Positions 32,609 to 43,390 are shown, counted from the stretch's first letter. The stretch is DNA of 64,000 nt from an uncultured Poribacteria bacterium (GCA_951813565.1 OX638351.1:576001-640000), one strand, 5' to 3'. The notes: generated by a model not told the origin, from the letters alone. Program-made: numbers and translations.

Positions 32609-34336
32609 ATGCTAACGAAATTGACTTGTCGTAATTTTAAAAGGTTTGGCGAAATAGAAGTCGAATTAGGGAATCCGGTCGTCTTCATCGGTCCAAATAA
32701 TTCTGGCAAAACGACAGCGTTACAAGCTTTGGCTCTGTGGGAAATAGGTCTAAAACGGTGGAATGAGAATCACAAGGGAAAACCAAATTCGGCAAAACGT
32801 TCAGGAGTTGTTATCAACCGGCTTCACCTTATCTCTATTCCCGTTCCAAGAGCACGTTTGCTCTGGCGGAACTTGCAGGTTCGTGATGTTGAGAGGATTG
32901 ATGGTAAACAACAGCAACAAAATATCCGCATAGATATTATTATTGAAGGTGTCACTAAAGGCAAAAACTGGAAATGTGGATTAGAATTCGATTATGCCAA
33001 TCAGGAATCTATCTACTGCCGTCCGTTGAGAATATCAGAAGACGGAGGAAAGGTAACCTCGCGAATGTCTATTCCTGACGAAGTTGGAGAACTCTCTGTT
33101 GCTTATCTTCCACCGATGTCTGGACTCGCATCTAATGAAATCCGATTAGAGGAAGGCACGATAGGTGTCCGGATCGGAGAGGGGCGAACAGCAGAGGTGC
33201 TGCGCAACCTATGTTATCAGATTTCACAGCATAACAAAACATGGGATAAACTCTGTCAACAGATCCGTGTCCTGTTTGGTGTGCAACTTGATAGACCAGA
33301 TTATATTGCAGAACGTGGTGAGTTTGTGATGAACTATCGCGATGAGTCAGATATCTCGTTAGACCTCTCTTCATCAGGACGGGGATTGCAACAAACCTTA
33401 TTGCTACTTGCCTATATCGCTGCACATCCCGGTTCTGTGCTTCTACTTGATGAACCGGACGCACACCTTGAAATTCTTCGGCAGCGGCAGATTTATCAAG
33501 TACTTACAGAATCGGCAACTGAACACGGCAGTCAGATCGTAGCTGCCAGTCATTCCGAAGTTATCCTTAGTGAGGCAGCGGAACGCGATGTCGTCATCGC
33601 TTTTCTCGGAAAACCACATCGAATTGATGATCGCGGCAGTCAGCTATTGAAATCGATGGGGACAATCAGTTCTGAAGAGTATTATCAAGCAGAACAACAG
33701 GGATGGATTCTTTATCTTGAAGGGGCAACCGATCTTCCAATCTTGCGAGCATTTGCCCAGAAACTTAACCATCAATCCCAAACTGTATTAGAATCACCTT
33801 ATGTACACTATGTTGGCAACCTGCCACGGGAAGCTCGTAAACACTTTTACGGATTGCGTGAAGCAAAGCCAGATTTGGTAGGATTTAGCCTGTTCGATCG
33901 GATTGATATCAAACTTTGCTCACGACCTGAATTAACGGAGTACGCATGGCAGTGTCGTGAGATTGAAAATTACATTGTATTCAGCAAACAGGTGCTAATC
34001 AATTGGGCACACAATGAAGCAGCGGAACATGCTGGGGGTATTTTATCCTCAGAAGATTGTGTATCTATGATGGAGGAAAGGATTACAGAAATTGAAAACG
34101 CGCGAGAGACGCTTGGTCAAGAATCGCCTTGGTCGTCAAGTACGAAGGTCAGTACAGAATTTCTGGATCCTTTGTTTAACTCATTTTTCAAAAAACTTGA
34201 GTTGCCAAACCTTATGCAAAAGACGAATTATCACACTTTAGTCCAATTTGTTCAAGCGGATCAAATTGATCCGGAAGTTACCGACGTGCTTGATGGCATT
34301 TTAGAAATTGCCAATAAAGCGAAGACATTAAGTTGA
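32609..34336 (+). CDS. ABC-type ATPase with C-terminal TOPRIM-like domain (OLD-family-like nuclease)
   Basis: NFKRF, Walker A GPNNSGKT, signature-like SSGRG, Walker B LLLDEPDAHL, SHS; LYLEGATD, FDR.D, REIENY. Confidence 0.75.
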   Translation: MLTKLTCRNFKRFGEIEVELGNPVVFIGPNNSGKTTALQALALWEIGLKRWNENHKGKPNSAKRSGVVINRLHLISIPVPRARLLWRNLQVRDVERIDGKQQQQNIRIDIIIEGVTKGKNWKCGLEFDYANQESIYCRPLRISEDGGKVTSRMSIPDEVGELSVAYLPPMSGLASNEIRLEEGTIGVRIGEGRTAEVLRNLCYQISQHNKTWDKLCQQIRVLFGVQLDRPDYIAERGEFVMNYRDESDISLDLSSSGRGLQQTLLLLAYIAAHPGSVLLLDEPDAHLEILRQRQIYQVLTESATEHGSQIVAASHSEVILSEAAERDVVIAFLGKPHRIDDRGSQLLKSMGTISSEEYYQAEQQGWILYLEGATDLPILRAFAQKLNHQSQTVLESPYVHYVGNLPREARKHFYGLREAKPDLVGFSLFDRIDIKLCSRPELTEYAWQCREIENYIVFSKQVLINWAHNEAAEHAGGILSSEDCVSMMEERITEIENARETLGQESPWSSSTKVSTEFLDPLFNSFFKKLELPNLMQKTNYHTLVQFVQADQIDPEVTDVLDGILEIANKAKTLS

Positions 34337-34581
34337 TGGGTTTTACTGAAAGTTTATATTGTCCGTTGTGTAGGTCTTGCGAAACCCAACACGGATACGT
34401 AAATGTTTGGTTTCGCTACGCTTTACTCTTAGGAATTGAATCTGAATTTGTGAATAGGCACAGCCCAGAGGGACGAAAGGTATCCAACTCAAGAGATTAT
34501 TTTACCGCGTATCTACACATCTATCATCTCGCTGGGTTCAAGAGTGTGTTTGACACTGTTTTCTTACAAAGAGAAGGTTAA

Positions 34582-35046
34582 ATGGCAACAGTATCCCTCA
34601 GACCAATCACACAGATAAATTTTCATGAGTGTATCTCCTTAAGGGTCGCTGATAATCAAAAGAAATTTGTTGCCACCAATGTACAGTCTCTTGCCGAAGC
34701 GTTTGTCAATCCAACATATCATCCTTTCGGCATCTATGACTCAGAAGCACATTACCAAGCGAATCCGTCTATGGTAGGATTTACAATGTATGAACTTACC
34801 GACGCAGTAGGCTTCATCTTACGGTTGATGATAGATGAAAAGTTTCAAAGGAAGGGTTATGGTAGGGCAGCAATGATTGAAGTTATACGAAGATTGAAAT
34901 TACACCCAGAGGTTGAGCGGATTGCCACAAGTCATGAGAGGCAAAATGAAGTTGCCGAGCGACTCTATAAAAGTTTGGGATTCGTTGATTGGCAACATGA
35001 ATTAAGGGGTGAAGAGTATTCCGGTGAAAGGTATTTGATTCTTTAA
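34582..35046 (+). CDS. GNAT N-acetyltransferase (spermidine acetyltransferase-like)
   Basis: RLMIDEKFQRKGYGR, N..A..LYKSLGF. Confidence 0.85.
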   Translation: MATVSLRPITQINFHECISLRVADNQKKFVATNVQSLAEAFVNPTYHPFGIYDSEAHYQANPSMVGFTMYELTDAVGFILRLMIDEKFQRKGYGRAAMIEVIRRLKLHPEVERIATSHERQNEVAERLYKSLGFVDWQHELRGEEYSGERYLIL

Positions 35047-35454
35047 CGCTCCCCGTCAAATCCCCATGCTTTAGCTTGTGGGATGTCCACGGCTAACAAT
35101 GTGATGGACAGCACGAAATGTCCAGCGAAAGCGGAATAAAACCCATCGCTATAACGAAATCTATAAAGTTGGTGGATAGCGTCCATATCAAGCCACTGCA
35201 GCACTGCAGACTGGAATGCGTGAGCGGAGGCAACCCCTCCCGAAGTCTAAGGACTTGTCGCGTGGCGTGCCTGGTAGAAAGGGCAGCTATAAAATGGGTG
35301 GAAACAGAGCCAACCCACGACATTGCGAAAAATAAATCAAACGGGCAGGCTTGGCTGCCTAAAGTGGAGTGACAATAAGACGGTGGACGCTAAGCGAAAA
35401 CCGCAGTCGCGAGGAAGCACAAGCCCCTACCTTTAGGTAGTGGGTACCTATGAC
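35047..35454 (+). mobile_element. ORF-less IS200/IS605-type element carrying a structured RNA (omegaRNA-like 3' end)
   Basis: Left hairpin TCCCCATGCTTTAGCTTGTGGGA; right hairpin CCCCTACCTTTAGGTAGTGGG then TGAC; several GNRA-capped stems inside. Confidence 0.65.
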
Positions 35455-35484
35455 GAAGATAGCATCTAACCGTCGGAGGGAATT

Positions 35485-36504
35485 TTGGAATACAGAAGGC
35501 TCGGCAAAAGTGGTCTGAAAGTTTCAGAAATCTGTTTAGGAACGATGACGTTTGGTCATGGTGCAGATGAAGCAGAATCTGAGCGCATGGTACATCTTGC
35601 TTGGGATGCAGGGGTCAACTTCTTTGATACTGCAAATTCGTATGGAGACGGAGAATCAGAGATATTGCTCGGTAAGGCACTAAAAGGCAGACGCCGCGAT
35701 GCTATTGTAGCCACAAAGTTTTTCAATCCGATGAGTAAAGGTCCTAACGATTCTGGCATGTCCCGCGTACATATCCTGCAAGCAATTGACGACAGCCTTA
35801 AACGACTTCAGATGGAATATGTAGACATCTATTATATCCATCACGTTGATACACAAACGCCATTAGAAGAAATGCTACGCGCGTTGGACGACCTTGTCCA
35901 TCAAGGCAAAGTTCGTTACACAGCGTGCAGCAACTACCAAGCGTGGCGGTTATCTGAAGCATTATGGCTCAGCGATTCGCTTAACTTAGCACGATTTGTG
36001 TGTTATCAACCGCAATATAGTCTCGTTGTGCGGGATATAGAACAAGAATTAGTTCCGCTATGTGAATACAAGGGATTGGGCATTGTTGTGTGGAGTCCAT
36101 TAGCGGGCGGATTTCTCTCTGGTACATATAAACCCGGAGAACGCACCCAAGCGGAATCTCGATCAGCGGAAGGTTGGGCGTTCCCACAACGCTATTTTGC
36201 AGCAAACGCAGATGAAACATTAAAAACTCTCTTTGAGATTGCAAAAGAATTGGGGCAGAGTCCCGCACAGACAGCACTCCGATGGGTGCTTGAACAACAA
36301 GCAATGACCTCTGTGATTGTCGGTGCAAGGCACACTACACATTTGCTGGATAATCTTGGTGCCGCTGGTTGGAAGTTAGAGGGAGAAGCACTTGAAAGAC
36401 TAAACGAAGTTTCACATCTACCTGACCGATATCCCGAAGCGATGGAAAAGAATATGCACGAACGTCGGGATAGTGCTGTTGATATGCCGCTTCGCCTTTC
36501 TTGA
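35485..36504 (+). CDS. Aldo/keto reductase
   Basis: LGKSGLKVSEICLGTMTFG, DTANSY, SLKRLQ.EYVD.Y..H, WSPLAGG; TTG start with GGAGG RBS. Confidence 0.93.
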   Translation: MEYRRLGKSGLKVSEICLGTMTFGHGADEAESERMVHLAWDAGVNFFDTANSYGDGESEILLGKALKGRRRDAIVATKFFNPMSKGPNDSGMSRVHILQAIDDSLKRLQMEYVDIYYIHHVDTQTPLEEMLRALDDLVHQGKVRYTACSNYQAWRLSEALWLSDSLNLARFVCYQPQYSLVVRDIEQELVPLCEYKGLGIVVWSPLAGGFLSGTYKPGERTQAESRSAEGWAFPQRYFAANADETLKTLFEIAKELGQSPAQTALRWVLEQQAMTSVIVGARHTTHLLDNLGAAGWKLEGEALERLNEVSHLPDRYPEAMEKNMHERRDSAVDMPLRLS

Positions 36505-36686
36505 AATGAATTGAACAGAAATTAGAGAAATTATACACCAATTAACTGGTAACGAAAACGCGAACTTTTCTCTATCTAATTTGACTAAAAGATAAAATAA
36601 AGATGTGGGCGAGGTATATATAGATAGTAATATTCTTAGTGTCATTTTGATTACGCAGACTCAACCGAATTATAAGGGGGATTCCG

Positions 36687-38738
36687 ATGAACAAGTGGAA
36701 AATTATCACAATTGTTGGTGTAGTTGTGCTTGTCGTAGGTGCCGCAGTCGTCATCGGACGTATGGTATTTGCTACTAAAGGAGACAATAGCAATTCAGAC
36801 ACACCTGCGGTACAAACAGCAACTGTACAACGAGGTGACATTGCTGTGACAATTGATGCTACAGGGACTATTAAGCCGCTGAATATCGTTGAAATCAGCT
36901 CAAAAGCGAGTGGAAAGATATTAAAGCTTAATGTTGACGCGGGCGATTATGTGGAGAAGGATGATGTCATCGCGATAATTGAAGACACTTATGTGCAGAT
37001 TAGTTTAGAACAAGCGGAAGCAGATCTGAAAGCGGCGGAAGCACGTCTTCAACAGTCTGAGATTGACATTCAACTCCAAAAGGAACAGTCGGAAATCCAG
37101 ATTCGGCAAGCCAAAGAATCACTTGCGGAGGCAAAGAAACGTTTAGAACAGATTAAAGAGCAAATTCGGCTTGAGAAAATAGCAAATAGACGCGGTGTAA
37201 AAGACGCAGAAAATAGTCTGAAGATTGCTAATCTCAGGTATAAACTGCTAACTTCTGAAACAGTTCGCGAGGAAAGTAAAAAACGTGCGGAAGCCTCTGT
37301 CACACAGGAAAAGGTTAATCTCGATTTAGTAAAAACTGAGCATGAGCGTAACGTGAAGTTGCATGAACAGGAACTTATCTCAGATGCAGCCCTTGAAACT
37401 TCCCAAGCACAGTATCGTTCTGCAGAGGCGCGATACGAATCTGCTCAAGAACAATTTAAGTTAGTTGAAAAACCCGCGAGTGAAGTAGAACTTGAATTGT
37501 CACAGGCTGATATTAAAAAGGCTGAATTTGCCTTGGAAGTTGCAAATGAACGAATTGAAGCTGAGTCGTCTCGTGATATGGATATTGAATTGCAGCAGCA
37601 ACGCATTACACAGGCAGAAGACGCGTTGAAACTTGCACAAACTAACCAGAAACAGATTGACAGGAAAGAACGGGACCTTGAGAGTGCAAAAGCATCTCTC
37701 AAACGGAGCCAAGGACAACGCGACCTGCGACAAATTGAGTTTGAAGATACCATAATCAAGGCACCTATTTCTGGCACTATACTTGAAAAGAAGGTCGAAG
37801 AGGGACAAGTTATCACTTCTCGACTATCATCTATTGCCTCTTCAGAAGGACAAACTATAGTTACAATGGCAGACTTGAACACTGTATTTGTTGTAACTGA
37901 GGTTGATGAAACTGACATTGGTAAGGTAAATATAGGGCAACCTGTGACGATTACGGTGGAAGCGTATCCAGAAATGCCGTTTGAGGGACAAGTCCTGAAA
38001 ATAGCACCTATGGGACAAGTAATTCAGAATATCACAACGTTTGAAGTGACCTCCGAGTTGAAAAATGTTGGTGCTGCTGGTTCTCAACAAGGCAGCATGG
38101 GTAGAGGAGCAGGCAGATGGCAAGGCGGAGAAATGGGGAATTTGACGGAGGAACAGCGGGAACGTTTCCGTGCAATGCGTCAACAACGCCAAGCAGAAGG
38201 TGGCAATCAGAATCAGGTGCGTAAACCAGAACAGCAAGAATCTACCGCGCAAGCACCTGTGGAACCCTCTATCGCTAAGACAGAGGAGGAAAGTGAAGAT
38301 GATTGGGGCGCTCTCTTTGGCAATGTTTTTGAGCAAACTCCCGCTGAAAATACACCTGACATTACACAACAACCAGAACCTGAATCAGCAAAAATGCCAT
38401 TTCTCAAACCTGGCATGAACGCAAGTGTCCAAATCTCGGCAGTGAATAAAACAGGTATACTAACGCTTCCATCCGAAGCTATCCTTGATATGCGCGGAAG
38501 GAAAATGGTCAGACCTATTGGAGAAGACGGACAACCCGGTCGCCCACAACCTATTGTGGTTGGGGTGAGTAGTTTTGACAAAGTTGAAATCATCTCAGGA
38601 CTTGCTGAAGGAAACGTTGTCGCAATTGGTGGTTTTGAAAGAGGCGGCGGTTCAAGTGAAATGTTCAGACGCATGATGCAAAATCCTGCTTCCACAGTGC
38701 GTAGGATGGGCGGTGGTGGCGGTCCACGAGGCAGATAG
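36687..38738 (+). CDS. MacA/HlyD-family periplasmic adaptor subunit
   Basis: N-terminal TM, lipoyl halves (SGKI..L.V..GD, IKAPISG), long coiled coil, VDETDIGKV..GQ, LKPGMNA. Confidence 0.88.
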   Translation: MNKWKIITIVGVVVLVVGAAVVIGRMVFATKGDNSNSDTPAVQTATVQRGDIAVTIDATGTIKPLNIVEISSKASGKILKLNVDAGDYVEKDDVIAIIEDTYVQISLEQAEADLKAAEARLQQSEIDIQLQKEQSEIQIRQAKESLAEAKKRLEQIKEQIRLEKIANRRGVKDAENSLKIANLRYKLLTSETVREESKKRAEASVTQEKVNLDLVKTEHERNVKLHEQELISDAALETSQAQYRSAEARYESAQEQFKLVEKPASEVELELSQADIKKAEFALEVANERIEAESSRDMDIELQQQRITQAEDALKLAQTNQKQIDRKERDLESAKASLKRSQGQRDLRQIEFEDTIIKAPISGTILEKKVEEGQVITSRLSSIASSEGQTIVTMADLNTVFVVTEVDETDIGKVNIGQPVTITVEAYPEMPFEGQVLKIAPMGQVIQNITTFEVTSELKNVGAAGSQQGSMGRGAGRWQGGEMGNLTEEQRERFRAMRQQRQAEGGNQNQVRKPEQQESTAQAPVEPSIAKTEEESEDDWGALFGNVFEQTPAENTPDITQQPEPESAKMPFLKPGMNASVQISAVNKTGILTLPSEAILDMRGRKMVRPIGEDGQPGRPQPIVVGVSSFDKVEIISGLAEGNVVAIGGFERGGGSSEMFRRMMQNPASTVRRMGGGGGPRGR

Positions 38739-38756
38739 ACGCAAAGGAGGTAAACT

Positions 38757-39968
38757 ATGAGTATCCTTGAAAGTCTTGCGAACGCATTTCACGGTTTATT
38801 GGCAAATAAACTTCGGTCGATTTTAACAATGTTAGGCGTTATTATTGGTGTTGGGGCAATTATCACGACAACTTCAATTGGGGAAGGAGCGAAAGCCGAT
38901 ATAACTGAACGGATTCAGACATTAGGTGCAAATATCCTTGCGGTGCGTCCAGGGCAAAGTATGTTTCGTGGACGTGGTTCAGCTGATGCACGTAGAACCC
39001 TCACTGTTGAAGACGTTACCGCATTACGAGAACGTGGACAGAATTTTGGATATATTACCCCTGAAATCAGTAGTCGAGCACAAGTAAAATACCTCAATAA
39101 AAATTCAAACACCACAATCATCGGAACTTCTCCTGAATATCTCGTCACTGCAAATTTTACGGTTGAGAATGGAAAGTTCTTTAGCGAAAACGATATCCGT
39201 TACCGGAAAAAAGTTTGTGTTCTTGGCAAAACCGTTGTGGACAATCTCTTCGATAAGAGAGATCCAGTGGGTAAAACGGTCAAGATTCGTAATATCAGTT
39301 TTCACGTATTAGGTGTTATGAAGGAAAAAGGGGCAACTGGATTTCGAAATCCAGATGATCAGGTTTTCATCCCGTATTCCACGGCAATGAAACGTGTTTT
39401 TGGCGCAGAATATCTATCAAGTATCAGTTTACAAGCAAATACCGATAAACTCATTCAGGCAGCTGAAACAGAGGTAACAGAACTGCTACGTAAACAGCAC
39501 AAAATACCTATAAATAAAGAACCTGACTTTCACGTCCGCAACCAAGCAGAATTCATGGAAACTTTGGAAGAGTCAAGCCAAACATTTACCAACATGATTT
39601 TAGGAATTGCCGTAGTATCATTACTTGTCGGTGGTATCGGAATTATGAACATTATGTTGGTCTCTGTTACAGAACGAACGAAAGAGATTGGTCTCCGAAA
39701 AGCGGTTGGTGCACAACGTTTGGATATCCTTGTACAATTCCTCGTTGAATCTACAACGTTAGCTTTGATCGGTGGTCTTGTTGGTGTTGGTGTCGGGATA
39801 GCTGGTGCAGAGATGGTGCCATCACTTTGGGGATGGCGAACCGTGATCTCACCTGTCTACGGTCTTCTATCATTTGTTGTCAGTGCGCTTGTTGGTGTAT
39901 TCTTTGGCGCATATCCTGCATGGAAAGCAGCAAAACTCCATCCGATTGATGCGCTCCGGCACGATTAG
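38757..39968 (+). CDS. MacB-type ABC transporter permease
   Basis: RSILTMLGVIIGV, GGIGIMNIMLVSVTERTKEIGLRKAVGA, PA.KAAKL.PIDALR. Confidence 0.93.
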   Translation: MSILESLANAFHGLLANKLRSILTMLGVIIGVGAIITTTSIGEGAKADITERIQTLGANILAVRPGQSMFRGRGSADARRTLTVEDVTALRERGQNFGYITPEISSRAQVKYLNKNSNTTIIGTSPEYLVTANFTVENGKFFSENDIRYRKKVCVLGKTVVDNLFDKRDPVGKTVKIRNISFHVLGVMKEKGATGFRNPDDQVFIPYSTAMKRVFGAEYLSSISLQANTDKLIQAAETEVTELLRKQHKIPINKEPDFHVRNQAEFMETLEESSQTFTNMILGIAVVSLLVGGIGIMNIMLVSVTERTKEIGLRKAVGAQRLDILVQFLVESTTLALIGGLVGVGVGIAGAEMVPSLWGWRTVISPVYGLLSFVVSALVGVFFGAYPAWKAAKLHPIDALRHD

Positions 39969-39995
39969 GTTTCAGCACTAATGGTAGACTGTTGC

Positions 39996-40170
39996 TTGGT
40001 GCGGTTAGGAAACCGCACCTACCGTGGAAGGTAAGGTTTTCAACGCAAACTTCTTCTTGTAGGAGCGACCTCCCGGTCGCGACCAGGAGGTCGCTCCTAA
40101 AGAATGTAAAAAGCGCTAAAATACCAAACGCGCATTTGGCGTTGATTTGGCAATGAATTGCGCGATTACA
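39996..40170. repeat. Cluster of REP-like hairpins
   Basis: GGTGCGGTTAGGAAACCGCACCTAC; GTAGGAGCGACCTCC..GGAGGTCGCTCCTA; AATCA-hairpin joined to GGCAATGAATTGCGCGATTAC. Confidence 0.65.
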
Positions 40171-40250
40171 AATACGTTTTTTGTTTATGAAAACCGGTCA
40201 ATTAGAATGTTATAAGATGTTTACATATTTTACTATATGGAGGGATCAAC

Positions 40251-40967
40251 ATGTCAAAAGTTGCAGTGATTGCAGGAGTAGGTCCAGGTTTAGGCGCGGC
40301 AATTGCCCGTAAATTCGCGAATGAAGGATGCAATCTTGCATTGCTGTCGCGTTCATCCGCATACAGTATCAATTTATCAAATAGATTAGAAGAAACAGGT
40401 GTATCAGTTATACCCATCCCAACAGATATTACGGATGCCGCGCAGGTCACTGCAAGTTTTAGCCAAATTCGCGAAGAATTAGGCACTCCGGATATTTTGG
40501 TGAACCACGCAGGAAATGCGGCATGGGGTAATCTTTCAGAACTGACACCTGAGGCATTTGAAAGCGCATGGCGGGTTTGCACACTCGGTGCGTTTCTCTG
40601 CATTAAGCAAGTAGTCCCGGGAATGATTGAAAAGAGCAGCGGAACAATCCTCTTTTCTGGTGCGACATCTGCTGTCCGTGGTAGAGCAGGTGCAATTGCT
40701 TTTAGCAGCGCAAAATTCGCAATGCGTGGTTTAGCATCAGCACTGGCACGTGAAGTTGGACCGCAGGGAATCCACGTTGCACATATCATAATTGACGGTG
40801 TGATTGACACACCCGGTGTCAGAGAGCGGTATCAGTTAGGGCCTGATGAACCTTTGCTCACACCTGACTCTATTGCTGACACCTATTGGGCTCTTGTGCA
40901 GCAAGAACGTAGTGCCTGGAGTTTTGAGGTAGATGTCAGACCATATAATGAGGAATTTTTTACATAG
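40251..40967 (+). CDS. SDR family oxidoreductase
   Basis: GVGPGLG, SGATS..RG, F...KFA.RGL, HVAH..IDG.ID. Confidence 0.9.
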   Translation: MSKVAVIAGVGPGLGAAIARKFANEGCNLALLSRSSAYSINLSNRLEETGVSVIPIPTDITDAAQVTASFSQIREELGTPDILVNHAGNAAWGNLSELTPEAFESAWRVCTLGAFLCIKQVVPGMIEKSSGTILFSGATSAVRGRAGAIAFSSAKFAMRGLASALAREVGPQGIHVAHIIIDGVIDTPGVRERYQLGPDEPLLTPDSIADTYWALVQQERSAWSFEVDVRPYNEEFFT

Positions 40968-41019
40968 ACAGATATACAAATGCGAAATATGTATAATTGT
41001 TGATAAAAAGGAGATTACC

Positions 41020-42114
41020 ATGGTTAGAACGGTTATTACTTTTTTGATATTGCTTATCGGTATTACGCTCTCTTTTTCGGACACAATAGCTGAAACAAAG
41101 TGGACTGTACTACGAGATGACGATATCATCCGAGGTGATGGCATTCAAGGGATGTTACATGATGTGCATTTTTGGGATAATCAAAACGGTTTAGTGATTG
41201 GTGATAGTGGCTTGATGCTTGTGACGGCAGATGGTGGGAAAACTTGGACCAAAAAAGAGGTGAATATGCGCCCACCCGGTGCAACTACAGGACAGAGACC
41301 TGGGCGTCCGCCTGGTGCTGGTGGTCCTCCGGCAGGCTTCGGTGGCGGTGGTTCTCCTACACTCTATAATATCTACTTTGTCAATGAAAAAGTAGGCTAC
41401 ATCACAGGGGCAAGAGGAACTATTCTAAAAACTGAAGATAACGGGAAAACATGGAACCGAAAAATAGCAAGAAGTGAGGCTGCAGGACAAAATAATAACC
41501 CACGTAGAGGTGGAATACGTGCTAACTTAATGGGAATTCAGATAATCAACGAAACGGTCGGTTTCATTGTGGGATCAGAAAACACTATTCTCAAGACAAC
41601 TGATGGTGGTGAAACATGGGTGGGCAGATCAGAACGCGCACGTGTCGGGGAAACCCGAAACAACCTTGAGGATATCTGGTTTGTTACGCCGACAACAGGT
41701 TGGATTGTTGGGTCTTATGGAACACTCTTGCATACGACAGATGGTGGCGAAACATGGGAAAAACGCGAAGCGGGATTCGATAATAACCTATTCGGTATCT
41801 ATTTCTTTGATGAGAAGACAGGTTGGATCTGTGGACAGGAAGGATTGATCCTCCACACCAACGATGGCAAAACATGGAATCAGCAGAAAACGGGTTCTAT
41901 TGATAACCTTCATGATATTATTTTCGTTGATAACATGATAGGTTGGACAGTTGGAGATTATAGTGCTGTTTTGCATACCACAGATGGTGGGAAAACGTGG
42001 GGTGCTTCAAAAGCTGGCGGAAGCGGAACACTCAAAGGGGTATACGCCACGGATAAAAACCACTGCTGGACAGTTGATGATTGGGGTGTAATCTCAGCAT
42101 ACAAAACGAAATAA
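41020..42114 (+). CDS. YCF48/BNR repeat secreted protein
   Basis: AAGGAG RBS; signal peptide; about 7 T.DGG.TW repeats with Gly/Pro/Arg inserts. Confidence 0.85.
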   Translation: MVRTVITFLILLIGITLSFSDTIAETKWTVLRDDDIIRGDGIQGMLHDVHFWDNQNGLVIGDSGLMLVTADGGKTWTKKEVNMRPPGATTGQRPGRPPGAGGPPAGFGGGGSPTLYNIYFVNEKVGYITGARGTILKTEDNGKTWNRKIARSEAAGQNNNPRRGGIRANLMGIQIINETVGFIVGSENTILKTTDGGETWVGRSERARVGETRNNLEDIWFVTPTTGWIVGSYGTLLHTTDGGETWEKREAGFDNNLFGIYFFDEKTGWICGQEGLILHTNDGKTWNQQKTGSIDNLHDIIFVDNMIGWTVGDYSAVLHTTDGGKTWGASKAGGSGTLKGVYATDKNHCWTVDDWGVISAYKTK

Positions 42115-42120
42115 TATTGT

Positions 42121-42151
42121 GGGTAAGGGCTACGTTCCGTACCCTTTTTTT
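42121..42151 (+). terminator. Probable Rho-independent terminator
   Basis: GGGTA...TACCC followed by a T-run. Confidence 0.5.
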
Positions 42152-42178
42152 ATCAGAATATTTCTAATGGAGGAATGA

Positions 42179-43390
42179 ATGTCGGAACAGAAAAGCCATA
42201 AAGTTACGATGCTCGGTACAGGACTCATCGGCATGTTTTACACGATGACGCTCCACAATCAGCGCGGCGCGGACCGCGTTTATGCTGTTTACTCCCGACG
42301 TGAAGAACGCGCAACCGAATTTGCGAAAGAGTGGGATATTCCTAACGCTACAACCGATTTAGCGGAAGCGATCAATCATCCTGAAACAGATGTAGTTGTT
42401 ATCGGACTACCGAACAATCTACACATGAAAGCGGTTGAACTTGCAGCAGAAGCAGGTAAGGCGATCCTCTGCACAAAACCGCTCGGACGCACTGCTGAAG
42501 AGGCGAAAACGATGTTAGACCTCGTTGAAAATGCTGGTGTATTTGGAGGTTATCTTGAAGATTTGGTGTATCCTCCCAAAACACTTAAGGCGTTAGAAGC
42601 CGTTCAAAACGGGGCACTTGGTAAGATTTTATGGGTGCGTTCCAGAGAAACACATCCCGGTCCACATAGTGACTGGTTTTGGGATTTGGAACAAGCAGGG
42701 GGCGGTGCTATTGTTGACATGGGATGCCACTGCATTGAGATTATCCGAAATTTTGTTGGAAAGAACAACAAACCGCTTGAGGTAATGTGTTGGGCAGACA
42801 CACTTGTGCATCCGATTGATGCAGAGGACCACGGCATCGCGCTCATCCGATTTGAAAGTGGCGCGATGGGACAGTTTGAAGTCGGTTGGGCATTTCGTGG
42901 TGGCATGGATTTACGAGATGAAGTTTCTGGTAGCGAAGGGACGATCTGGCTCAATCACTGGCTTCGCACAGGTTTTGAAATGTTTACAGCTGTCGGACAG
43001 GGAGGTTATGTCGCTGAAAAGGCTGAAAGTGACACCGGTTGGCTTTTCCCTGTCGGTGATGAAGTAGCGGAACTCGGTTACCGGGATATGTTCCTTGATA
43101 TGTTCAATGCGATTGATGAAGGCAGAGAACCTCTGGAAACGTTCTATGATGGCTATGTTGTGAATGCAATCATTGATGCCTGCTATAAATCTGCAAAAAC
43201 AAAGCAGTGGGAAGCAGTTGAACTTGAAGACTGGCGTGGTGAAGCGGAAACTGATGACGCACAAGCAGGAAAATCAGACGCAGATGAACGATATGCTCAT
43301 CTCAAAGATGAGCGGATGCCAGATGGTAGAATGAAACGTATCTTTAGAGACCGCGAAACAGGTGAGATTATTGAGCGAGTAGAGGATTAA
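42179..43390 (+). CDS. Gfo/Idh/MocA oxidoreductase
   Basis: [24 protein letters not shown]. Confidence 0.9.
   Translation: MSEQKSHKVTMLGTGLIGMFYTMTLHNQRGADRVYAVYSRREERATEFAKEWDIPNATTDLAEAINHPETDVVVIGLPNNLHMKAVELAAEAGKAILCTKPLGRTAEEAKTMLDLVENAGVFGGYLEDLVYPPKTLKALEAVQNGALGKILWVRSRETHPGPHSDWFWDLEQAGGGAIVDMGCHCIEIIRNFVGKNNKPLEVMCWADTLVHPIDAEDHGIALIRFESGAMGQFEVGWAFRGGMDLRDEVSGSEGTIWLNHWLRTGFEMFTAVGQGGYVAEKAESDTGWLFPVGDEVAELGYRDMFLDMFNAIDEGREPLETFYDGYVVNAIIDACYKSAKTKQWEAVELEDWRGEAETDDAQAGKSDADERYAHLKDERMPDGRMKRIFRDRETGEIIERVED

Noticed and set aside
35047..35454. Group I IStron or group II intron reading of the structured element, and ORFs 35093-35323 and 35118-35372
   Set aside because: No recognisable group I P7 core or group II domain V/GUGYG ends by eye; the ORFs show no protein motifs.
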